Shown in pieces: positions 27,293 to 44,268 of a stretch of 64,000 nt of DNA. Made by a program: the position numbers and the translations under genes. Numbering within the stretch: the first letter of the stretch is position 1; the number at the start of each line of letters is the position of its first letter. The notes beneath the pieces are model-generated. The model was not told where the DNA came from. It did no database searches and saw only the letters and a list, made by a program, of their open reading frames with translations. Source of the stretch: the human T2T-CHM13v2.0 reference genome, Homo sapiens; NCBI RefSeq assembly GCF_009914755.1, contig NC_060929.1; one strand, given 5' to 3'.

Positions 27293-27994
27293 CTAGGGTC
27301 ATTCATCTTTTCAGGAATACGGTGACCCAGGGAAGAGATGTTGGGGTCATGTGTTCTCCCCTGTTTTGTTTTCAGAGCATCGTTCTGGAGAGCTGCATGT
27401 CGTCAAACAGTTGGGGGCTTGTGACATTTTGCTGGCAGGCAGAACTGAGCATGTATGGCTTCTTATGTTAGCTACGTTGTCTTACAGTACCATAGAATCC
27501 CTCGGCGTCAACCCATCATACACCCTACGGCAAGGATAGGCACCAAAACTACACAGGTGTGTTCCACCTGCTGGTGGTCACCCCAGTGACCTCAAGAAAG
27601 CTCAGGGGCTTATGTTAACATTACGAAGATAGTGAACAAAATGAAAATTTAAACTTCTTGTAGGCATCCTGGGCTCTTCCAAAGGTGCCTGTGGATCCCT
27701 TGGGGTTCAGAACCCCAGTTTAAGGAACAGTGGTAGGGACAGGGAAAAAGATAGGGCCTCTGTTGATGGCCTGGCCTGAGCCTGCATTTCTACCCTGCCC
27801 AGCACCCACTGAGTCATCTCGAGCAAGGGTCCTATTGCTGAGTCTTGTTCAAGTGGGAATAGCAACAGCACCTCCCTGGAGGAGTTATTGTTAAGACCAG
27901 GCATAATGTTACAAAAAGTACCTGCATACAAACCATAATAGACTGTTTTTGTGGTGAAGATCAAATGCAATGATGAAAGTTGTAGTGGTTTTTT

Positions 27995-29471
27995 TTCCTT
28001 TTTTTTCCAGCTTCATTGAAGTATAACTGACAAGTAAAAATTGTATGTATTTAAGATGTACAACCTAATCTTTTGATGTAGGTATGCATTGTGAATTGAT
28101 TACCACAATCAAGCAAATTAACCTCACACAGTTATTGTTGTTTTGTGGTGAGAACATTGAACATCTACTCTTTTAGCAAATTTCAAGTACAAAAGATAGT
28201 ATTGCTAATATAGTCACCATGCTATACATTAGCTTTCCAGAACTTATTCATCCTGCAGAACTGAAACTTTGTATCCTTTGACTGACATCTCCCTATTGCC
28301 ACTCCCACACACTGGCAACCACCTTTGTATTCTCCGCTTCTGTGAGTTAGACTTTTTTTCAGATTCTGAGAGGGAGATCATGCAGTATTTGTCTTTCTGT
28401 GCCTTGTTTATTTCACTTTGCATAAAGTCCTCTAGGTTCACCCATGTCACAGATGACAGTGTTTCCTTCTTTTTAAAGGCTGAATAGTATTCCTTTGTAT
28501 ACAAATACTGCATTTTCTTTATTCATTCATCGGCTGATGGAAATATGGTTTGATTTCACGTCTTGACTATTATGAATAATGCTGGAATGAACATGGGAAT
28601 GAAGATACCTCTTTGAGATACTGATTTTATTTCCTTTGAATATATACCCAGAGGTAGGATTGATTGCCAGATCATATGGTAGTTCTAGTTTTACTTTTTG
28701 GGAAACCTCCGTACTATTTTTCACGATGGCTGTGCTGATTTACATCCCACTAACAGCATGGAAGTGTCACTTTCTCTACCTTTTCACCAACACTTGTTAT
28801 CTTTTCTTTTTGAAAACAGCCCATCTAACAGGTGTGGAATGATATCTATTGTGGTTTGGATTTGCATTTCTCTGATTTTAGTGATGTTGGGCATTTTTTC
28901 ATGTATCTCTTGGCCATTTGTTTGTCTTCTTTTGAGAAGTGTGTATTAAGCTCTTTTGCCCATTCTTTAATCTATTTGTTTTCTTGCTATTGAGTTCCTT
29001 CTGTATTTTGGATATTCACCCCTTATCAGATGTGTGGTTCACAAATATTTTCGCCCATTCCGTAGATTATCTTGTCACTTTGTTGATTGTTTCCTTTGCT
29101 GTGCGAAGACTCTTTAGTTTGATAAATCCCATTTGTACATTTTTGCTTTTGTAGCCTGTGTTTTTGGTGTCCTAGCTGAGAAAATTATTGCCCAGCCTGG
29201 TATCAGGAAGCTTTTCCCTGTGTTTTCTTGTAGTAGTTTTACAGTGTCAAGTCTTATAATTAAGTCTTTAATACACTTTGAGTTGATTTTGTATATGGTG
29301 TGACATAAAGGTCCAATTTCACTCTTCTGCATGTGGATATCCAGTTTTTCTCAGTACTATTTTTTGAAGAGACTGTCCTTTCCCCATTATGTGTTTCTGG
29401 CACCTTTGTTGATGATCAACTGACCATAAATAAGTGGATTTATTTCTGGGCTCTCTATTTTATACCATTGG

Positions 29472-29519
<48 letters not shown>

Positions 29520-30470
29520 ATCTCACACCAAATATATATTCCATTTTATATTCTATTTTATTCCATTGGTGTGTGTATATATATATATATGCACACATAT
29601 ATGTATATACACCAATATATATATTTCTGTGCTAGTGCCATATTGTTTTGATTACTATAGCTTTGTAGGATATTTTGAAGGCAGGTAGTGTGATGCTTAC
29701 AGCTTTGTTTTTCTTGCTCAAGGTTGCTTTGGCTGTTCAGGGTCCTTTGTGATTCCATATACATTTTGGGATTGTTTGTTTTTACTTCTGCAAAAGTGCC
29801 TTTGGAATTTTGATAGAGACTGTGTTCATTCTGTAGATTGCTTTGGGTAGTGAGGACATTTTTACAATAATAATTCTTTAATCCATGAATATAAAATATA
29901 TTTTTACCTATTTGTGTCCTAAATTTCTTCCATTGGTGTTTTATAGTTTTCAGTGTATAGATCTTTTACATCATTGGTTAAATTTATTCCTATGTATTTT
30001 TTTGATGCTATTGTAGGTGTGACTGCTTTTAAAATTTCTTTTCCAAATAGTTCATTGTTTGTTAGTGTACAGAAGTGCTACTGATTTTTGTAGGTTTATT
30101 TTGTATCTGCAAGTTTACCAAATTTGTTTGTTAGTTATAATAGCCTTTTGGCAAATCTTTAGGGTTTTCTATATATGATTATGTCATCTGCAAACAGAAA
30201 CAATTTTGCTTCTAATCTGGATGCCTTTTATTTCTTTTTCTTGTGTAATTCTTCTGGCTACAACATTCAGTACTATAAAAAAATATCATGAGAGTGGGCA
30301 TCCTTGTCTTTTTCCTGATCTTGGAGGAAAAGTTTTTAATGATAACTGTGAGCTTGTCATATATAGCCTTTACTGTTTTGACACGTATCCCTTTTATATC
30401 TAATTTGTTGAGTTTTTATTATGAAAAAATATTAAATTTTGTCTAATGCTTTCTCTGTGTCTATTGAGAT
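27995..30470 (-). mobile_element. L1MA-type 3' portion (3'UTR and ORF2 C-terminus)
   Basis: ccagcttcattgaagtataactgaca 3' end; minus-strand peptides YYSAFKKKETLS and TKAKMYKWDL. Confidence 0.85.
29472..29622. repeat. (TA)n/(TG)n compound microsatellite with a duplicated ttta(t)tccattgg flank
   Basis: Direct reading of sequence. Confidence 0.9.
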
Positions 30471-30678
30471 GAGCAGTATAATGATGTGAGATAATTTCAT
30501 TCTTCTGCATGTGGATTTCCAGTTTTCCCAACATAATTTATTGCAATAACCTTAATTGTTATGGTGAAGGTAAAATGCAGTGATGAATGTGGAAATGTTT
30601 TGAAGACTGTAAATGGTTGTCCAGACGTCAGTACTCTGTTATTACGTCAGGATGCTGGTTAAGAATTATGATGAGTTT

Positions 30679-32234
30679 AAGCTACCAATAACTTTCTTCA
30701 CAGAATTGGAAAAAACTACTTTAAAGTTCATATGGAACCAAAAAAGAGCCTGCATTGCCAAGTCAATCCTAAGCCAAAAGAACAAAGCTGGAGGCATCAC
30801 ACTACCTGACTTCAAACGATACTACAAGGCTACAGTAACCAAAACAGCATGGTACTGGTACCAAAACAGAGATATAGACCAATGGAACAGAACAGAACCC
30901 CCAGAAATCATGCTGCATATCTACAACTATCTGATCTTTGACAAACCTGACAAAAAAAAGAAATGGGGAAAGGATTCCCTATTTAATAAATGGTGCTGGG
31001 AAAACTGGCTAGCCATATGTAGAAAGCTGAAACTGGATCCCTTCCTTACACCTTATACAAAAATTAATTCAGGATGGATTAAACACGTACATGTTAGACC
31101 TAAAACCATAAAAACCCTAGAAGAAAACCTAGGCAATACCATTCAGGACATAGGCATGGGCAAGGACTTCATGTCTAAAACACCAAAAGCAATGGCAACA
31201 AAAGCCAAAATTGACAAATGGGATCTAATTAAACTAAAGAGCTTCTGCACAGCAAAAGAAACCACCATCAGAGTGAACAGACAACCTCCAGAATGGGAGA
31301 AAAGTTTTGCAACCTACTCATCTGACAAAGGGCTAATATCCAGAATCTACAATAAACTCAAATTTACATAAAAAACAAACAACCCCATCAAAAAGTGGGC
31401 GAAGGATATGAACAAACACTTTTCAAAGGAAGACATTTATGCAGCCAAAAAACACATGAAAAAATGCTCATCATCACTGGCCATCAGAGAAATGCAAATC
31501 AAAACCACAATGAGATACCATTTCACACTAGTTAGAACGGCAATCATTGAAAAGTTAGGAAGCAACAGGTGCTAGAGAGGATGTGGAGAAATAGGATCAC
31601 TTTTACACCGTTGGTGGGACTGTAAACTAGTTCAACCATTGTGGAAGTCGGTGTGGCGATTCCTCAGGGATCTAGAACTAGAAATACCATTTGACCCAGC
31701 CATCCCATTACTGGGTATACACCCAAAGGATTATAAATCATACTGCTATAAAGACACATGCACACATATGTTTATTGCGGCACTATTCACAATAGCAAAG
31801 ACTTGGAACCAACCCAAATGTCCAACAATGATAGACTGGATTAAGAAAATGTGGCACATATATACCATGGAATACTATGCAGCCATAAAAAATGATGAGT
31901 TCATGTCCTTTGTAGGGACATGGATGAAGCCGGAAACCATCATTCTCAGCAAACTATCGCAAGGACAAAAAACCAAACACCACATGTTCTCACTCATAGG
32001 TGGGAATTGAACAATGAGAACACATGGACACAGGAAGGGGAACATCACACACCGGGGACTGTTGTGGGGTGGGGGGAGGGGGAGGGATAGCATTAGGAGA
32101 TATACCTAATGCTAAATGACGAGTTAATGGGTACAGCACACCAACATGGCACATGTATATATATGTAACAAACCTGTACGTTGTGCACAAGTACCCTAAA
32201 ACTTAAAGTATAATAATTAAAAAAAAGAAAAAAA
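30679..32234 (+). mobile_element. Young 5'-truncated LINE-1 (L1PA3/PA4-like)
   Basis: ORF2 C-terminal fragments (30679-31371, 31639-32010) very close to recalled consensus; 3'UTR gctaaatgacgagttaatggg; poly-A; 20-bp TSD aagaatt(a/g)tgatgagtttaa at 30661-30680 and 32235-32254. Confidence 0.95.
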
Positions 32235-33067
32235 AAGAATTGTGATGAGTTTAAAGCATTATGTCTTTCTGGAAATTTGCCTACAAAAGGGGGCAAAAAA
32301 TGAAAGCTAAAGCCATATATTGTGGTAGGAAAGCTTTGGTGTAGCAAAGTGGTGGGATAGGGATATTTTAGATTGGGCATGAAGGGGCCCTTGTAATCAT
32401 ACTATTCAAACTAATTGGAAGAAAAAGACATTCTTAGGAGAAAGAGACATTCTTAGGCTATAAAATTTGGTTTCTGAGATGAAAAGGCATATTTGATCAA
32501 TAGCCTCTCCTTTCTAAATGAAGTGGCATTTGCCAATATGGATTCTGAGCTATTTGCTTGCTGAGTTAGTGTTTTAGTCATCCATTTTCATTAAGGATTT
32601 CTTGCATAAAACCAAGTCCCTAGGTAACTAGCATGCCCTGACCCTTTGAAGATATAATCACTGTTGCCAGTTGCCCCTTCACTCTAGGACTGTCTTTATA
32701 GAGAGATCAAAAGGCTTGTAACAATTTAAGTCACTTCTTTGTTGCATCTTTTTATTTATTTGACTCAAATATTCACAAATATGAATCTACTGTGTAAGCT
32801 TTACCCTTCCTCTTGGCACACGGTAGTGGAAGCCTCTTATCTAGATCTTGGGCAGGCTCCCTATGTCTTGATGCAAGCCAGTGGCTGACTTCTATGTCAG
32901 AGCCACCTGCTCTGCTCTGGCCTGGCTCCTGCTGCCTCTGCTTCTCTGTTCATCTCTCTAGCTTGACATCTTAACAATGACTTCCCTGGGCCTTGACTCC
33001 AGTTATTATGTTTATCAACTAACATAGGTTCAGAAAGTGGTGTTTTAAGTAAGCTGGAGGCAGCATG

Positions 33068-33097
33068 AGTGAAGGGACAAAACTTTGTCCCTTCACT
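33068..33097. repeat. Perfect 14-bp inverted repeat with 2-nt loop
   Basis: agtgaagggacaaa-ac-tttgtcccttcact. Confidence 0.9.
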
Positions 33098-34080
33098 GGA
33101 CTAAATGGCATCTTCAGGATTTGACCCAATCCAGGCAAAGAATTTAGTCAATTGCTTGCAGTGATTGCAGCAGAAGCAGCCTACAGCAGACATCCAACCA
33201 TTAAATGAAGGTCAGCTCTTTGTCACTTGACAGAGAGAGAACACGGTAGTAAAAGTGCACTCCAGCAAGCAGCTAAAACCCATTTTCCATGCTAATTACA
33301 AACGGAGGTCATGGGAAAGAGAATTTTAATTGACTATAACATGCAACAAATGGTTATTCTGAAATATTAGCTGATAAATTTCACTAACACTGTGTGCCGA
33401 GGAGCAGAAATCTGTAAACGCAAGTGATTAGGGTCACCTTCTATTATTTTTTTTTGGGGGGGGTTAGTTGTCCACAAATTGTATAATGTGTACTTGTTTA
33501 TTCTTTACTAATTCATTCATTTCTTCAGTAGCTATTAGCATTTACTAACTCTAAGACATTGCCCAAATTCTACAATTATGAAGGTGAATGACAGTCAACA
33601 AAAACAACAACAACGGTGTTTGCCACAATGTGAGGAAGGGTGATGAAGAGTTTGGGTTTTGGGTTTCAGGTGACCAGATGGCTTTTTTGTCGGGCAAATA
33701 TTCCCCTAAGAAACACTAGCGTTGAACAGATTTTCTGAGTGTTTGACTATTGAGTCTTAAAAGTCAGAATGAAATACTTGAGAGAAAAAGTGCATAGTTT
33801 CCTTTCTATCCTCTGGGAAATTATAAACCAACCATCTTTCTCTAGTTTTCTCACTTCTAGAGCATCTGTCTTCCCTTCCTACCTGGATAAGCTGGTGAGA
33901 AGGTGGTTTCTTTGGGGCGGCCCACTCCCTCCCTGGGCAGGTGTTCTGACCAGCCTTCTCTTACTTTGGAGAAGTTGGTCATTTTTCTTTCCTCTGACTT
34001 TCAAACCTTCTGCTTCTCCCTGGAAGGATTGCTCTGACTTCCTTCATATTGGAGTAGGATATGAAATTGTAGTTCAGGCT

Positions 34081-34243
34081 AATATGAGCATATATATAAA
34101 ATATATAAATATTGTTATATTTTAATATAATAATGTTAATATATAATATAAGCATAATATATTTATATTATAATATTTTATAATATGAGCATATATAAAT
34201 ATTTATATATAAAAATAAGTGTATGTTATATATATGCTCATTT
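34081..34243. repeat. AT-rich low-complexity tract bounded by inverted tgagcatatatataa motifs
   Basis: tgagcatatatataa at 34085 and ttatatatatgctca at 34226-34240. Confidence 0.8.
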
Positions 34244-34246
34244 ATT

Positions 34247-35510
34247 CTTTTTTTAACTTTTATTTTAAGTTCAGGGGTACATGTGCAGATTTGCTACATA
34301 GTTAAACTTGTGTCATGGGGGTTTTTTGTACAGATTATTTCATCACCCAGGTATTAAGCCTAGTACCCATTAGTTATTTTTCCTGATCCTCTTCCTCCTC
34401 CCACCCTCCGCTCTCGAGGACACCCACCCCATGTGTCCTTGTGTTCTCATAAATGATTTAGCTCCTACTTATAAGGGAGAACATGTGGTATTTGGTTTTC
34501 TCTTCTTGTGTTAGTTTGCTAAGGATAATGGCCTCCAGCTCCATACAAAGGACATGATCTTGTTCCTTTTTATGGCTGCATAGTATTCCATGGTGTATAT
34601 GTACTATATTCGTATTATCCAGTCCATCACCGATGGGCATTTATGTTGATTCCATGTCTTTGCTATTGTGAATAGTGCTGCAATGAACATATGCGTGCAT
34701 GCGTCTTTGTAACAGAATAATTTACATTCCTTTGGGCATATACCTAGTAATGGGATCGCTGGGTCGAATGGTATTTCTGTCTTTAGGTCTTTGAGGAATT
34801 GCCACACCGTTTTCTATGAGGGTTGAACTAACTTACACTTCCACAGTGTAAAAGCATTCCTTTTTCTCCACAGCCTCACCAGAATCTGTTAGTTTTTGAC
34901 TTTTTAATAGCAGCCGTTCTGATGACTGGTGTTAGATGGTATCTCATTGTGGTTTTGATTTGCATTTCTCTAATGATAATGACGTTGAGCTTCTTTTCAT
35001 AGGATTGTTGGCTGCATGTATGTCTTCTTTTGAAAAGTGCCCATTCATGTCCTTTGCCCACTTGTTAATGGATTGTTTGTTTGTTTTATTCTTGTAAATA
35101 TAAGTTCCTCATAGATGCTGGATATTAGACTGTTGTTGGATGCGTAGTTTGCAAAATTTTTCCCCCATTCTGTAGGTTGTCTGTTTACTCTGTTGATAGT
35201 TTCTTTTGCTGTTCAGAGCTGTTTAGTTTGATTAAGTCTCATTTGTCAATTTTTGCTTTTGTTGCAATTGCTTTTGGCGTCTTTATCATGAAGTCTTTGT
35301 TCATGCCTCTGTCCTGCATGGTATTGCCTAGGTTGTCTTCCAAAGTTTTCATAGTTTTCAGTTTTAAATTTAAGTCTGTAATCCATCTTGAATTAATTTT
35401 TGTATACGGTGTAAGGAAGGGGTCCAGTTTCAGTCTTCTGCATATGGCTAGCCAGTTATACCAGCACCATTTATTGAATAGGAATCCTTTCCCCATTGCT
35501 TGTTTTTGTT
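34247..35510 (-). mobile_element. 5'-truncated L1PA13-like element
   Basis: 3' end aaacttgtgtcatggggg...cagattatttcatcacccaggtattaagcctagtaccc; ORF2 peptides ([18 protein letters not shown]). Confidence 0.9.
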
Positions 35511-36180
35511 CCCTTCCTTTCTACGTTCCTTTCAACAAGTATTTATTTACTGAGCATGGGCTATGTCCCTGTACCAGAATAGTCAAGGAGGGGTTACATC
35601 AGTGAATAAGAAAGATCAAGTCCCAGCTCTTATGAAACTTATGTCCTAGCAGGTAGAAACAGCCAGGCAAGGAACAAGACAATATTTTGTAGTTTTCATT
35701 GTGTAGATATTACACATATTTAATTAAATTTATACCTAAGCATTTCATATTTTAAATGTTATTTAGGTGACCTTTTTAAATGCCAAATTTTATTTTTTCA
35801 TTGTTATTATATAAAGATACAATAGGTTTTTGTATGTCAACCTGGTAGCCTGTGATCTTGAGGAACTCTTGTTATTTCTAGTTGCTTTAAAAAATAGAAT
35901 CCATGGGATTTTCTATATAAATAATCATGGTGCAAAATAAACAGCTCTTCCTTTCCAATCTGTATGCCTTTTATTTTTTTTTTCTTACCTGAATGCATTA
36001 GCTAGAACTTCCAGGCCAATGTTAAATAGTAGCAGTAAGAGTGGACATCCTTCTCTTATTCTGATCTTAGAAAGGGAAACATTCAGTTTTTCATCATTAA
36101 ATATGATGTTAGTTGTAGGGTTTTTTTGTTTTGTTTTGTTTGTTGTTTTTTTTTTTTTTTTTGTAGATATCCTTCTTCAG
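35511..36180. mobile_element. L2 fragment followed by an old L1M fragment (minus strand)
   Basis: ttcaacaagtatttatttactgagc (L2 end); gctagaacttccagg...gagtggacatccttctcttatt (L1M ORF2). Confidence 0.6.
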
Positions 36181-36186
36181 ATTGAG

Positions 36187-36288
36187 GAGTCCAAATAGTC
36201 TGGAGGAGGAAGGGTCCCCCAAGCAGGACACCACAGTGGTTTTGACAGATTGTGACCAGACTGCTTCTTTAAGCAGAGCCCCTGATCC
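36187..36288 (+). repeat. Isolated 102-bp L1PA 5'UTR piece matching 49736-49837
   Basis: 43 bp identical (36246-36288 = 49795-49837); the remainder is highly similar. Confidence 0.85.
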
Positions 36289-36349
36289 TTTGCTTTTAAG
36301 CTATGTGTGTGTGTGTGTATATTTAAAGTATGTTTCTTCAGGTTAGGGA

Positions 36350-37121
36350 ACCCAGACATAAAGCCATCTGATTTTCAACAAAGTCGACAATAACAAGAAA
36401 TGGGAAAAGGACTCCCTATTCAATAAATAGTTTTAACTAGCTATTTATTGAAACCATTATTATGGTATCATAACTAACCTTATGAAAGCTGGAGACAAAT
36501 GACCGATAAACTCATGAGGTGATGTTCAAGGTTACTATTAGGGAAATGCAAATGAAAACCACAATAAGATACCTTTATATCCATTCAAAAGACTATTTTT
36601 TAAGAAAAGAAAATAAATGTTAGTGAGGATACAAAAAAATTGGAGCCCTTGTGCATTGCCGTTAGGATTGTAAAATAGTACAGCTGCTATGAAAAGGATA
36701 TAAAGTTTCCTCAAAAAATTAAAGAATAGAATTAACATATGATCTAACAATTCCACTTCTGGTTATATACTCAGAAAGAATTGAAAACAGATATTTGTAC
36801 AACGATGTTCATAACAGCATTATTCACAATAGCCAAAAGAGAGATAACTGGCTAACCATATGCAGAAGATTGAAACTGAACCCATTATTTTCACCATTTA
36901 TAAGAACTAACTCAGATGGATTAAAGATTTAAGTGTAAGACTACAAACTACAACAATCCTAGATAAAAACTTAAAAAACACCATTCAGGACATTTGCCTT
37001 GGGAAAGAATTTATGACTAAGTCCTCAATAGCAATTGCAACCAAAAAAAAAAAAAAATTGACAAGTGGGACCTAATTAAACTAAAGAGCTTCAGCACAGA
37101 AAAATAAACTATCAACAGAGT
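36350..37121 (+). mobile_element. L1 fragments (L1PA15/16-like ORF2 interrupted by an L1MB-like piece)
   Basis: aggactccctattcaataaat...gataactggctaaccatatgcagaag...gacaagtgggacctaattaaactaaagagc. Confidence 0.75.
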
Positions 37122-37267
37122 AGGAGATTGACTTGAGTAACAATAAAACTCCAGTCTCCCTCACAGCTGGCTTTGTGTAAATTACTCTTTCTCCATTGCA
37201 ATTTCCCTGTCTTGATAAACTGGCTCTGTCTAGGCAGTGGGCAAAGTGAACCCATTGGGTGTTTACA
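37122..37267 (+). mobile_element. LTR8 3' fragment (HUERS-P1 5' LTR end)
   Basis: gacttgagtaacaataaaactcc...aacccattgggtgtttaca, directly followed by the PBS. Confidence 0.8.
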
Positions 37268-37271
37268 AATT

Positions 37272-37289
37272 TGGGGGCTCGTCTGGGAT
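37272..37289 (+). other. Retroviral primer-binding site complementary to tRNA-Pro
   Basis: tgggggctcgtctgggat vs canonical TGGGGGCTCGTCCGGGAT (1 mismatch). Confidence 0.88.
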
Positions 37290-38412
37290 TGCCCTTGTGG
37301 CTACCTGCCCCATGGTTCAGTAGCCCCCTCCCACAACAGATCCAAAGACCAGCCCAAGTGGCTGCTTAGTTCTGTTGGATGAGGGGCTAACTCTGGTACT
37401 CTCTCTACTGGTGGGGCACTGCTGAGCCAATGTGCATGGATTTAATTGCAATAAGGAAATAGTCCTGGGGAGATATAACTATAGGCATATCACAGGGTCT
37501 CTGTGTGTAGCCCAGTCATGGAGTGTCCATAGCTTTAGCTCCATTATATAGTGTTTGGTTTGGTGAGTATTGTAGGTGCTGCCAATGCCTCCTTCCTTCT
37601 CCTGATTGGTTTGTCTTATTCTGGGGCCTGAGTTCTTCCGTAGCCCCACTGTGGGATGTCTGTCTCAGTTTGGCTCCTTCTGGGTTCTTGGTCAGCTCTC
37701 CCTAATTATTAGGAAGAGTTTTGTTTTGGGAGATGTCTCCTCAGTCAGGAAGATTTGAAGGAGATTTCTCTCATTCAGAGAATAGGTGGGTAGCTTGGAA
37801 GGGATACTCTTGGAGTTCTTGGTTAGGGATCTTGACTTGGAAGACCTTCTGTCTGTCTTGTTTTTATGTGTGTTTATATATGTGGAGGCAATTTCTGAAA
37901 GAATTGCTGATGGAAGTCCAGCAGGCCTAACTCAGAGAACCCTCCTTATTTATCTGGTCACATTTGGTGAGTCCTGGAGAAAGCTCAACAGGCCTGACTC
38001 GGGGTAACTCGCTCTTCGTCTTGCCCAGAGACCACCCACTGAATTACCATTCAGAGGTCATCCCTCCCCACCAGGAGTGGATCAAAGACAACAGGGACCA
38101 ATAGGAGAAAGTCTGAGCCTTGCCAGGTCAATATTCGGTGCTGAACGAGGTGACTAGTGTCTGTTTTGTTATGTGTATTTTGCTTCAGCTGGGATGGAAA
38201 ACGTTAATTTGGTTCCACACGCAACCTGTTGAGCAGCATCTTGCAAAATTGAGAATCTTTTGCCTATGGTTCCATAAAACATAACAGAGTGACTTTCTTT
38301 TGTAAAGTGGCTTGACCCCCACAGTTATGGAACAGTGAGCAGGGTCATCAAAAGCTGCTCCATTCTTCTGGAAACTGTAAAGGGGACCCGGAAACCTGGT
38401 ATGCCAGCATAA

Positions 38413-38714
<302 letters not shown>

Positions 38715-38743
38715 TAAGAAATTCTTACTAGTCAAGCTTCTGG

Positions 38744-38784
<41 letters not shown>

Positions 38785-39483
38785 ATGTGTGGTGGAGGGT
38801 GAGGGTAGGGGGAATGTTAAACGTCACTGTTTGTCTCCTCTGCAAAAGTTTGATTAATAGAAAAAAAGAGGATTTGTGAGACTAGCCTTAGAATATAGCA
38901 TATCTGGTGCAATTTGTGCTAAGAATTTGTCTTTCTGTGTCACTCTATAATGGAAAGAGAGGTATCACTGGATAGAACGTGGGTTTACGGCTCCTATAAG
39001 CTCGCATTTTAAGCCTGGCAGCTGGTCAGTTACCAAGTTTGCTACGGGTCCCTGAAACCAATACCAGATAAAATTTCCCTGTCTTGTTTTGTATCCTTAA
39101 GAGCTTAACCTTGTGACCATGTGGAGATACTTTCTCTTGGTCTCCGCCATCCAGAGGACAGGAATTTTGGGGTTCATGTCATAGTTAGCCCCAAAAATTA
39201 TCTTGAGCAGTTAAAAGCCTCTGCAAGCTTGAAATTGGCTGCTCTAGACTTCTGGGAAGAGTAATAGAAACTGCTCAGTGCTGTAACTCAGTAGCTAAGG
39301 CTCTGTCTTTTGGCAATGGCAGCACGGGCTCAATTTCTGGTTTCAGGAATGATTCCTTTCTGTTTTGTTATTTGTGTAACTTTGCCATTTATTAAGACTC
39401 CCCTCTCCTCCACCCATGAATAGCTTCTAATTTCCTGTCTTGAATTTTCCTTTCTTTAAACTACCTTGGAGAGATTCTAAATC

Positions 39484-39517
<34 letters not shown>

Positions 39518-39586
39518 AACTGCCTACCATCTCTTTGAGATACCTTACGTGCCCATGGTTAAGTTATAACCTTAGTTAAAACTTAA

Positions 39587-40465
<879 letters not shown>

Positions 40466-40576
40466 AAAATCCATATTTCTGAAAACAGTATGTTTCTTGC
40501 AAACAGCATATAATTGTGTCTTAATAGTTAATCAAATCTGATGAAGTTTGGCTTTTAATCACATTATATAGGCTAA

Positions 40577-40894
40577 CAGTCCCCAGTCTTTTTGCACCAG
40601 GAACTGGTTTTATGGAAGACATTTTTTTTCACAGATGGGAAGGGGCAAGGGATGGTTTCAGGATAAAACTGTTGCACCTCAGATCATCAGGCATTAATTA
40701 GATTCTAAGAAGGTGCAGGCATTAATTAGATTCTAAGAAGGTGCGCACAACCTAGATCCCCTGCCTGTGTAGTTCACAAAAGGGTTCGTGCACCTTTGAG
40801 ATGCTAATGCTGTGGCTGATCTGACAGGAGGTGGCGCTCAGGTGGTAATGCTCGCTTACCTGCCACTCACCTCCTGCTCTGTGGCCTGGTTCCT
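40577..40894 (+). mobile_element. MER1B hAT-Charlie element, 3'-truncated, with a 28-bp tandem duplication
   Basis: gtccccagtctttttgcaccaggaactggttttatggaagac...cacctcagatcatcaggcatt; caggcattaattagattctaagaaggtg x2 at 40688-40743. Confidence 0.85.
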
Positions 40895-40929
40895 ATATAG
40901 GGTTCCTATATAGGACTCCCTATGTAGGC

Positions 40930-43960
<3,031 letters not shown>

Positions 43961-44102
43961 CAGACATACATGGACTCAGAATGCCTTAGAAAGGAAGCCC
44001 ATTTCTAAAATATGCTACCATATTTATAGAGAAACAAGGGCAGGAAGCATCTAAGTGACCATGAAACAATGGGACCTTCCTTGTTGAATAAATGGCCTTG
44101 CT

Positions 44103-44268
44103 TCCTTGATGGAAGCTGTTGTCCTGTCCTGCAGGCCTCTTGGCAGAGCTGCATCCAGCCTCACCCTTTTGGCAGACACCCTAGTTCATGGGCCAGTATG
44201 ATGCCTGCTCAACACCAGTAGCCATTGTTAAGGTCTCAGGGACCAAGCTGTACCATAGGAGGGTCCTT
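44103..44268. repeat. Copy 1 of a non-TE-looking direct duplication of about 167 bp (copy 2 at 46107-46275)
   Basis: Shared tccttgatggaagctg...ggcagagctgcatc.agcctcaccct...ctcaacaccagtagccattg...ggtctcagggaccaagct.taccataggaggg. Confidence 0.92.

Noticed and set aside
30613-31371. 252-aa ORF starting in unique DNA and reading into L1 ORF2
   Set aside because: Chance in-frame fusion across the 5' junction of a truncated L1; no promoter or splice evidence
32426-32457. agacattcttagg repeated twice
   Set aside because: Ordinary short slippage duplication
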